Shown: positions 54,911-64,000 of the stretch, in pieces
Numbering within the stretch: the first letter of the stretch is position 1
Layout of the letters: each line of letters starts with the position of its first letter
Origin: Antedon mediterranea
Taxonomy: Eukaryota > Animalia > Echinodermata
DNA length: 64,000 nt
Direction of reading: 5' to 3'
Assembly (NCBI RefSeq): GCF_964355755.1
Contig: NC_092675.1
Span: 4,707,812 to 4,771,811 of the forward strand
Position numbers and translations under genes: made by a program
Notes under the pieces: generated by a model
Database searches by the model: none
What the model saw: only the letters and a program-made list of their open reading frames with translations
What the model was told of the DNA's origin: nothing

Positions 54911-55635
54911 ATAATTTAATTACAGTACAGTACAGTAATGTTATTTTATTATTAATAATTATAGTCCAGCTGATCTATGTAAGTAATCCAGCTATTTTTC
55001 TTAAATGTTATCAAATTATGTTTTACCTCATTTCATTGTATAAAAAGAATACTTACTTGTATTCTTACAGGTGGTGGCTATAGACAGGTGGTAGGTACAA
55101 AAATAAAAGTTTTTGCTGAACATTTATCATAGTCTGCTCTCTGAAAGTACGTAAACTAAACTTCACAACGCCACACCACACCACCATCACTCTCTAAAGT
55201 TAATAAACGTTGAGGGCGCCATATAATTTAAAACAATTATCACAATTATTAACAATGATGATCAATAATTTCTTTCTTTTTTATCATTTTATTGTAAAGC
55301 TTAATAATTACGTAGGCCTAGTAGCATGTATTAATTGTAATTATACCTCTATGTTCTGAGTATGCATTGTCGATTGGTATCGCGCTCAGCATCAGCTACT
55401 ACAAGTTACTACTGTGTACGGTAGTACTGTATTATAGTAGAGGGGGAAAGAGCACCTCTTGGATTTTTATTTTATTTCCTTCCCCCAGGTCAATGTTGTG
55501 TTTTGCTGAGCTGCTTTGTCTTCTGAGCGAGCTGCCCTTTTTCTTTTGCAGGAGCTAAACAAGCATAAAAGCTAAGGTGATTGAGCGTGTTTTAGTTAAA
55601 AATAGGCTAAAAAGGAGAAGATAACATTGTTCAAC

Positions 55636-55813
55636 ATGTCCGCGCGAGGCGGTGCAAAGAAACGGTCAGGTAAAAGTATTTCTCGGTCTGCTCGTGCAGG
55701 AGTTCTTTTTCCAGTAGGCCGAATGCATCGTTATCTTCGTACGAATACTGTCAAGTACAGGATCGGAATGGGAGCACCGGTGTACTTAGCTGCTGTTATC
55801 GAGTACTTAACAG
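55636..55813 (+). CDS. macroH2A: Core histone macro-H2A, exon 1 of 7 (H2A fold)
   Basis: [35 protein letters not shown]...[14 protein letters not shown], donor ACAG|gttagt. Confidence 0.97.
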
Positions 55814-55974
55814 GTTAGTATGGAGCCTAGCTTTATGTTGTTAAAGCTAATACATAAGACATAATACGCCAATATAGTTAATTTTGTTAGTTGCATAAAA
55901 ATAATATTATTATTAAAAATACAGTAATTATAATAAATAAATAAATAAATAGAAATATTAATATTGATTGTAGG

Positions 55975-56713
55975 TGTTATGCGCGATTTGCGCAATTTAA
56001 AATTGCGCAAAAAATTTTCTTGCGCAATATTAAATTGCGCAATTTGAAATTGCGCAAGAAAATCCTTGCGCAATTTCAAATTGCGCTGCACAATTTGTAA
56101 ATTGCGCAAGATAGTTCTTGCGCAATATGACACCTTTGCGCAATTTGAAAACGAACTGTTTGTTATTTTTATTATTGTACTCATTTGTTGTTGAGAATGG
56201 TACCGAAAGGTTAGTCTTTTTTGTCATTAAATTTAATTTTTAAGTTAAATATTAAACGTCTAATAATTCGTAATAATTATTGTTTCTAAAAAAAATCCAA
56301 CCGTTATTAGTCTTATTAATCGTCATTAGTACTGATATTTGAATTGAAATTATTATATTACTATTGGTATTTATTTATGCCTTCTCCTCATATTATGTGT
56401 GAATATGGTATTTTATAGAACCATTGGGAATTCGAGATTTTTTTATTCGGAAAAAAATTTCGGGAGGGAGGCTCCCGGGAGGGTAAGGAAATGCGATATT
56501 ATCTTTAATTTTGAATCATTCTTAGAAATTACTAACAAAATATGGGTGTGCATGATTTCACAATCTGTCGAAAAACCTTGCGCAATTTGCAGATTACTTG
56601 CGCAATTTAATACGTTGTTTGCGCAATTTGAAACACATGTTTCAATTTGAAATTGCGCAAGAAAAACCTTGCGCAATTTCAAATTGTGCAAATCGTTCAA
56701 ATCGCGCATAACA
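55975..56713. mobile_element. TIR element with 14 TTGCGCAA palindromes in macroH2A intron 1
   Basis: 16-bp TIR TGTTATGCGCGATTTG / CAAATCGCGCATAACA. The right arm recurs inverted at 63596-63826. No clear TSD. Confidence 0.85.
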
Positions 56714-56854
56714 TAAACATTCAAATGGGAAAATTATATATGCACGTATGTATTATGTGTCAGATGCATATTTTCAGAATGGAAATGGAATTCTTTTGAT
56801 TTAGTTTTATTTAATAGCATATTATTTGATGTTTTTCTTCTTCTTTGTTTTTAG

Positions 56855-56961
56855 CGGAGGTGTTAGAATTGGCAGGAAATGCAGCAAGAGACAATAAGAA
56901 GAGTCGAGTTACACCACGGCATATTCTGTTAGCAATTGCCAACGATGAGGAACTTCATCAG
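56855..56961 (+). CDS. macroH2A: Core histone macro-H2A, exon 2
   Basis: ttttag| [36 protein letters not shown] |gtatga. Confidence 0.97.
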
Positions 56962-57212
56962 GTATGAGATGTCATCAAAGTTTGTTCAGCTGGAACCTTA
57001 ACCCCCCCCCCCCATCAGATAGGCCATCAGATTAAGTTTAGCACTTACATTTTTTAGACTTGCACCCTTTCCCCAACCGCCCTATTTAAAATGGATCTTT
57101 ATAATAACACTTTTTGATTGACCAATGGTAAGCATGTTTGGGAATTAATAGCATCAACTCTTGCTTTTATATTATTATATGTTTTTGTTACCATTATTTT
57201 ATTTGTTTCTAG

Positions 57213-57530
57213 CTTCTAAAAAATGTTACAATTGCAAGTGGTGGCGTGATACCTCGTATCCACCCTGAACTTCTACAGAGAGGAAAACGTGGTTCAAAGA
57301 GCAAAATCATTTACGATGGTGCAACTCGACCATCCCCAGCTCCTCCGAAAAAATTGAAAATGCCTCCAAAAAAGATGTACGTAAAGAAGGCAGCGGCGGC
57401 GGCAGCAGCAGCAGCTGCAAACTCCAAAAGTTCTGGAGGAAACTCAAACGATAAAGGAAAGGTTACTGCAGCTCTAAAGAAGGGTGGACTGGCTATTTTA
57501 TCAGAGAAAAGGCTTTTTCTGGGACAAAAG
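57213..57530 (+). CDS. macroH2A: Core histone macro-H2A, exon 3 (docking domain and basic linker)
   Basis: tttctag| LLKNVTIASGGVIPRIHPELL...ILSEKRLFLGQK |gtaaat. Confidence 0.95.
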
Positions 57531-57855
57531 GTAAATTTCACATAAATCTGTATCATTATAGTGACCAGTAGATGAATTGGCTTTGAATATTTATTGGGTA
57601 TAGAAAGGGGACAAGCTGGCTCCATACGGTGGAGTCCATATCCATTTTTTGGTCCCCTCTTTTACATACAGTACTGGATCTTCCCCTTTTCGTACATGAT
57701 AGTTTCTGAATATTTTAGACATTTATAATATGTAAAATATCTATTGTTCCTTTCTGTCATGAATGATGAAACAACACATTAACACTGTTATAAATCAAAA
57801 AAATCTAAAAAATCTTTTAAACCTGATGCTTTAAGTTATTTTTCAAATCTTTCAG

Positions 57856-57946
57856 CTAACTGTAATTCAGTCAGACATAGCAAGCATCCCAGTAGATGCA
57901 ATTGTAAATCCTACTAATGATAGCTTCTACATGGGAGGTCAAGTTG
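57856..57946 (+). CDS. macroH2A: Core histone macro-H2A, exon 4 (macroH2A1.1-like exon)
   Basis: tttcag| LTVIQSDIASIPVDAIVNPTNDSFYMGGQV |gtaagt, 91 nt. Confidence 0.95.
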
Positions 57947-58205
57947 GTAAGTCTTAAATCAATTCAATAATGAACAAAACCATTGGAATACCGAGTATGG
58001 AATAGGGTGAAATGATCAACAAGAACAATACACATATTCGCATGTTATTATACTTTTGCTGTTGTTTGATAAGCCGTTGTGACATTGTAAACAATCAGGC
58101 ACATATCAAAAGTAATCAAACTTTCAAATAACCATTGTTGCCATCACTAAATAATAAAACTATTTCTTTCCAAAATTAAATAACAAATCTTGATCTATTT
58201 TTTAG

Positions 58206-58295
58206 GTACTGCACTTGAAAAGGCTGGTGGAAAAGAATTCATGAATGAAGTTGACAAGTTAAAGGAAAGTCAGAAAACATTAGATACAGCAGGAG
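58206..58295 (+). CDS. macroH2A: Core histone macro-H2A, exon 5
   Basis: tttttag| GTALEKAGGKEFMNEVDKLKESQKTLDTAG |gtttgt. Confidence 0.93.
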
Positions 58296-58779
58296 GTTTG
58301 TTCTATGTGTTACTAGTCTAGTATCAAATAATACACTAAATAATGGTAATATATGAAATAATTATTGTGAATTATATATATAATATGTATATTAGTTTGA
58401 AAATAGAGCAATACTGCCTATCCCATGATAGGGTAACAAAATATGTAGGACAACGGAAATTTAATACATAGTAATTTTTTTTTTGGATATCCCTATTTAG
58501 GGGGCACCAGTGAATCAAATGGGTCAATATACTGTATGTCCAACCATTGTCCAACTATTGAGGAGACATCCTTTTGGTCCTGAAGGTGTCCCCATAATAA
58601 GGGTGATTCTACTGTATTAGTTTAGAAACAACTTCAAAAGTACATTTCTGAAGTTCTGTATGATGAGAGTATAGGTTGTGGTGGTGTATTAATTGACATG
58701 CTGCCAGGCATTCTGTACTACCGGTTGTTACTGGCGATTTTGAGCTGTAACAAATTTACCTCCAACAGAAAGAACCTAA

Positions 58780-59004
<225 letters not shown>

Positions 59005-59193
59005 TAAGCATGGAAAACTCTCTCAAACAGTTCATATATTGATCAAACCCACAAAGACAAAAACGTATATTCAGTGAACAACCTGTTAGACAAAGTTCAA
59101 TATCAGTGAGCCAATTGTTGACACTCCAATGGTGATTTACATTATACAACTATCTCAACAGATCTAATTTCGGAGGGAGGGTAACATAAGCTT

Positions 59194-59341
59194 AAGCTCT
59201 GTCTACACTACGTATCAAACTAGTTTTAACAAAAAAAAAGTGTGATGTGCCCAAATATAGTAGTGATATGATGTAATCGTGTCCATATATGGGCACATCA
59301 CATTTGTTTGTCACATAAAGTTTGATAGTGTAGATTGAGCT
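59194..59341. mobile_element. ~150-bp MITE family, copy E (macroH2A intron 6)
   Basis: AAGCTCTGTCTACACTA...TTTGATAGTGTAGATTGAGC. Confidence 0.85.
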
Positions 59342-59542
59342 GTATACACACATCTATATGCACATTACATATGCACTGCTGGAGTGTGCTGGCAGTTAGT
59401 TACATTGAGTTTGAAGTTAACATGTATTTTTCTGCCCCCATGTATGAAATAATATAACAGTGAACTGTCTACCTACCAGTATTATGAATGAATTTGTGTG
59501 TGATTATGATGGAAATAAAAGATTGATTGATAATAATAATAA

Positions 59543-59728
<186 letters not shown>

Positions 59729-59758
59729 AGTCATTTTTATTATAATATATAAATGTTA

Positions 59759-59893
59759 TATGTCTACACTATCAAACGTGATGGTATGGACATGATGATG
59801 TCATATCACTACCATATTTAAGCATATCACTATCACATTTGGGCACATCACACTTTTTTTGTCAAACTAGTTTGATAGTGTAGACAAAGCTTT
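59759..59893. mobile_element. ~150-bp MITE family, copy F (macroH2A 3' UTR)
   Basis: TGTCTACACTATCAAAC...AGTTTGATAGTGTAGACAAAGCTT, starting about 30 nt after the stop codon. Confidence 0.85.
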
Positions 59894-60602
59894 ACAATGA
59901 ATTTGGATTCTTCTGTAAAACAATAGAAAGCGTTTGATTCAGGATGGTAGATGAAAGAGATAGTTATTTAGCAGATAGAAGGTAGATTCATGGTCTATTA
60001 AACTACTATCTTCTTTATCTACCGTCCAGAAATGAAAGCACACAACACAATCTATTCAGGGAAACAGTTTAAAAAAGTAAACATATTACTATAATACAGG
60101 GATTTGTTTTACTTTAATAATTAGTTAGTTTTATATTTTGAAATATAATTTATAGAAAATTTTTTTTAACAGTAATTATCATAGTTTATTGATTTTATGT
60201 TTTTTAGTTATTTTATTTTGCATTTCAATTAGTGAGAATTTTAATTACTTTATAGTTAATTGGTTACTATATATTTACAGTCTAAATGTGAAGATTTTTG
60301 TGAAAAGCATTAAATTAATTATAAGAAATATAGAAAATATATTATAGGATTAGATGTATGTTTATATTTGTTCTGGATAAGAGGTATTTAATGCTTTTAC
60401 TGTACCAGGTATTATTATTATTTTATTGTGCATCATGTAGAAAGTGTTTTATTTACCTTGAACGGTAAAAAGGCATCAAAGTATTTGAAAACCAATTAAT
60501 GTGCGTCTACTTGCATGCAATTTATATTACACCATTTGTAGTACTAGTAGTAAAGAATATTTAAACTAAATGTTTTCCAATCAGTTTAATTTAGTTGTCC
60601 TA

Positions 60603-60704
60603 ATCAATTTAGCCAGATAAATGTATAGCAAGTTTAGACCTTTCCAACCATGAGATCAATTTAGCCAGATAAATGTATAGAAAGTTAGACCTTTTCAACC
60701 ATGA
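60603..60704. repeat. Tandem duplication of about 52 bp
   Basis: atcaatttagccagataaatgtatag(c/a)aagtt...caaccatga occurs twice (60603, 60655). Confidence 0.9.
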
Positions 60705-60946
60705 TACTGTAGGCAGCACATTATAATTAAATTGTAGTTTAGGTCAAATTTTAAAGCAACTTTTAATATGCCAATACATATTTTGCCATTTTTATATGTA
60801 GTAAATGTTTTTTTAGAATTGACACTTGCACTCTATTTGCCAAAATACTAAATTACCTGTAGAAAAACTTTTTTATTTTAAACACAATGTGATTGTGAAA
60901 TAAACCATTTTTGTACACACTGAAAAACAAATGTGTTGTGAAATTA

Positions 60947-61068
60947 AAACTCTGTCTACACTATCAAACTAGTTTGACAAAAAAATATGGTAGTAATATG
61001 ACACCGTGTCCATATATGTGCACATCACATTTTTTGTCACATAAATTTTGATAGTGTAAACAGAGCTT
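60947..61068. mobile_element. ~150-bp MITE family, copy G (internally shortened)
   Basis: AAACTCTGTCTACACTATCAAACT...TTTGATAGTGTAAACAGAGCTT, with TA on both flanks. Confidence 0.85.
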
Positions 61069-61146
61069 TAGGAGATACAGTAGAAGATACAGTAGCACAT
61101 TTAAGAAATAAACAAAAGATTGGATAGAACATCATTTTTTAATGCG

Positions 61147-61262
61147 TGGTTCCCACTAGAGACGCAACACGACGACTTATTTGACGAATCACAAGCGATA
61201 AATTATTCGAACTTTTGCTTGTCATTGGTCAACTAGCTTGCGTTGTGTCCTAGTGGAAACCA
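61147..61262. mobile_element. Small palindromic MITE
   Basis: TGGTTCCCACTAG...CTAGTGGAAACCA plus inner arms ACGCAA/TTGCGT and TTGACGAATCACAAGC/GCTTGTCATTGGTCAA. Confidence 0.7.
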
Positions 61263-62132
61263 ATCTTAATATGCCATTGCATTGAGGGTAGAAAATACTA
61301 TATAGTTTGTTAAATACAGTATATGTTTTAACAGTATGGTCAAATCCTATTTAGGGAGACATATTATTGAGTCCTGAAAGTGTTACTTTACTTAATAGGG
61401 ATTATAAATACTGTATTCTCTGGGCTATTTAAAAACAGATACAACCACCTATCTTATCAACTTAATATAATTGACAATGGCTCATAATATATGAATGTTA
61501 AATTATTCTGAAACTTGAAATAAATTCATAATAAAAGTGTGTGACAAAATAATTAGAATATTTTTTTATTCATAAATTAATATCATCATTGCATGAAAGT
61601 GGATATGTGTCTGCTTATTTTTTGTAAGCACACAGTGGAATGCAATATTATCAATTTAGCTTCCGTCTCAGGCTCAATCCTGCACCACATTTTTTTTTTT
61701 CGCACCAAACTTATAACCAGGTTCCATCTAATTCAACTCCAAAGTGTTCATCTTTCAGCGTTGCATTGTGTGGCATACAAGCACAGAGAAAATTTATGGT
61801 TCCACTACATACAAATTAAAACAATTGCACAACTGCAGATATTTATTCTCCTTTAAAATGGGTGCATCCAGGCTTTTTTTAAACGGAGAACACTAACGTT
61901 AATAATCTGTATTAATAATTTCATTTTGTCTGTCACAAGAGGGGAGCGCGTGACTTGGATCTACCCCTGTTTAATTACAAATGGACAATATTGCTGATAT
62001 TATTTCCCACAATCAGCAATAAGCTGTGGTCATGACAACATGTGGGAATATGTGATTTGCACAGTATGAACATGGATGGCACATGAATTGTAGGATGGCA
62101 CTGTTGTTAGTACGTCAGCTGCAATCAGGAGT

Positions 62133-62376
62133 GGAGTTGTGGCTTGGTGGTTATGATGCTTGGCTACCACTCCAAGGGTCCTGGGTTCAAGTCCCGTCAC
62201 ATGTCAGGATTTTTTCAAAGGACCAAATTACAACTCCACTCCCAAAGACTTGTAATAAGACTTTGTTTATGTAAAGCATTTTGTGTATATGTTTGTCTTG
62301 TGAACCTCTGAGGGTCCCTAATGATCAGCAATAGCTGGATGGATCACCCTCATTAAAATATGGTTAAAAAAAAAAT
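62133..62376 (+). mobile_element. tRNA-derived SINE just downstream of the TXNDC15 stop (antisense to it)
   Basis: A box TGGCTTGGTGG, B box GGTTCAAGTCC (62184-94), poly-A end, and a tail shared with 1785-1860. Confidence 0.8.
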
Positions 62377-62399
62377 CTATGCTTTCTCAAAAAATGTTC

Positions 62400-62611
62400 T
62401 CAATCTATATGTTCATGTACATCACCAACCATTTCTTGGTGTAATCTAGCGACAGCCTGACCACAATGTTGATACATCATATATATTGTAAACAAACTTA
62501 AAAATGCAATTGAAAACCATAAGATGTAATCAGGTTCCTTTGTTGGTATGCTTGGTAAGGGCCCATCATAATCTTCAGGTAATACATCAACTGACGAATC
62601 AGGTTGAATAC
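62400..62611 (-). CDS. TXNDC15: Thioredoxin domain-containing protein 15, last exon (transmembrane helix, stop TGA)
   Basis: tttttag| GIQPDSSVDVLPEDYDGPLPSIPTKEPDYILWFSIAFLSLFTIYMMY...HEHID*. GPLPS followed by a TM helix matches TXNDC15. Confidence 0.9.
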
Positions 62612-62721
62612 CTAAAAATAATATTTAAACACAAAACATTTAATACATTTTTATACCGGGCTATTATAAAATATGTGTATAATAATATGTAACTACAGTA
62701 ATAGTAGGTTGATTTCCTTAC

Positions 62722-62849
62722 CTGTATAATTTTTTATAAAATCTCTAAAATTCTCAAAGGTTCTTGTGTAATTAAATCTCATAACAGGTTTTCCTTTATA
62801 AAATAGTAATATATTTGGAACAGCTACTGTTCCATATCTTGTATTTAAA
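62722..62849 (-). CDS. TXNDC15: Thioredoxin domain-containing protein 15, penultimate exon
   Basis: ttttcag| [42 protein letters not shown] |gtaagg. Matches the vertebrate [13 protein letters not shown] motif. Confidence 0.93.
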
Positions 62850-63070
62850 CTGAAAAAGAAAAGCAACCATGGTTTATTGAGAGGAGAAGGAAGAAGAAAG
62901 ATATATATTTATTATATTATATTTATTTATTCAAAGGCAAATTACTGTACTACTCAAGTAGTATACGTATGAAACGCCATATGTGCCAAAATATTTCTCT
63001 TTTTACTAATATTAAAACAAAACTCCATCTGGAACCCAGACTAAATGAAGATACTGAAAGCTATGCTTAC

Positions 63071-63503
63071 TTGTTAAATTGCATAGTGTCAACAGCAAGG
63101 ACATCCAGCCCTGGGAAGGCACGTCCAATGGCGTTGAGATACGGTGCACTCTCTGCAGAGAACTTGCACCATGGTGCATAGAACATTACGAATGCACACG
63201 ATGTGTTTGTTACATTCTTTACACTGACTATATCAAGTAACTTAGTGGTATTCACAATTCTAACAATGGCAGTTGAATCTTCTTGTTGCACAATGCACGG
63301 ATACTTTACTTTAGTTTTGTTTAGCGAGTTGATATCGTTTAATTGCTGACTTTGAGAGTTTGATGCATTAATTAACATCTGAATAAACTCTTGTTGTTTG
63401 TTATAGATGGTGACGTTATTTTGTTGTGCTTGTTGAGATTCTACTAATACTTCTGTGTCCACTGTAGTTGCATCATTTTTTGTTGCATGACAAGCCAGAA
63501 CAC
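63071..63503 (-). CDS. TXNDC15: Thioredoxin domain-containing protein 15, thioredoxin-fold exon (first exon outside window)
   Basis: ttttgaatag| VLACHATKND...CAFVMFYAPWCKFSAESAPYLNAIGRAFPGLDVLAVD |gtaagc. The atypical WCxFS site is as in TXNDC15. Confidence 0.9.
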
Positions 63504-63595
63504 CTATTCAAAAAGTTAAATAATGTACTCATGTACTTTGGAAATATTGTTTGATACAAAAAGTGACATACAATTAACCATCCAATTTATGTATG

Positions 63596-63826
63596 TGTTA
63601 TGCGCGATTTGAACGATTTGCGCAATTTGAAATTGCGCAAAAAAAATCCTTGCGCAATTTGAATTGAAACATGTGTTTCAAATTGCGCAAGCAACGTATT
63701 AAATTGCGCAAGTAATCTGCAAATTGCGCAAGGTTTTTCGACAGATTGTGAAATCATGCACACCCATATTTTTATAGTAATTTCTAAGAATGATTCAAAA
63801 TTAAAGATAAATATCGCATTTCCTTA
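63596..63826. mobile_element. Second copy (one arm) of the TTGCGCAA TIR element, in a TXNDC15 intron
   Basis: Near-exact reverse complement of about 56483-56713 with 6 TTGCGCAA. Beyond about 63826 the sequence is unrelated to copy 1. Confidence 0.85.
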
Positions 63827-64000
63827 TTTTAGTAGTGCAAATATTGTTATAAGTTAGCATACCGTCGAAGAACCGACGAAGGAAAACGAAGCGGTGGTGT
63901 TCCACCAGGCGGGCGTGGCGCGGGCGGCCGGCTATACTACTCTAGCCTAGCTAGGGTCTGGACTACTGATACTGACTAGGTTACATGGCCTAGCTTAAAC

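Noticed and set aside
55807-56724. ORFs with repeated AQF/LRN/CAI words
   Set aside because: These are translations of the TTGCGCAA repeats in an intronic transposon.

Overview
AT-rich, intron-rich animal genomic DNA, not prokaryotic. The TAGGCCTA/TACAGTA-rich style and repeat content suggest a marine invertebrate deuterostome such as an echinoderm (inference only). Three spliced genes are supported. (1) A large minus-strand gene for an uncharacterised coiled-coil/disordered protein: ATG at 12600, at least 7 coding exons all joined by phase-1 introns, running off the left edge. It has a probable long 5' leader that includes an exon carrying a clean 51-aa small ORF. (2) A complete 7-exon core histone macroH2A gene (+, 55636-59728, 377 aa, macroH2A1.1-like). 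(3) The last three coding exons of TXNDC15 (-, 62400-63503), convergent with macroH2A. Non-coding DNA holds many non-autonomous transposons: an ~815-bp MITE pair, seven copies of an ~150-bp MITE, a TTGCGCAA-packed TIR element, an internally deleted PHIS/Pangu-like element with a transposase remnant, tRNA-derived SINEs, LINE 3' ends and a Helentron-like fragment. There are also two minisatellites. Best leads: the 51-aa leader peptide, a G-U-biased hairpin in the macroH2A 3' region, macroH2A-TXNDC15 linkage resembling human 5q31, and the C/EBP-site-packed element. Everything was read by eye; no searches or folding were run.
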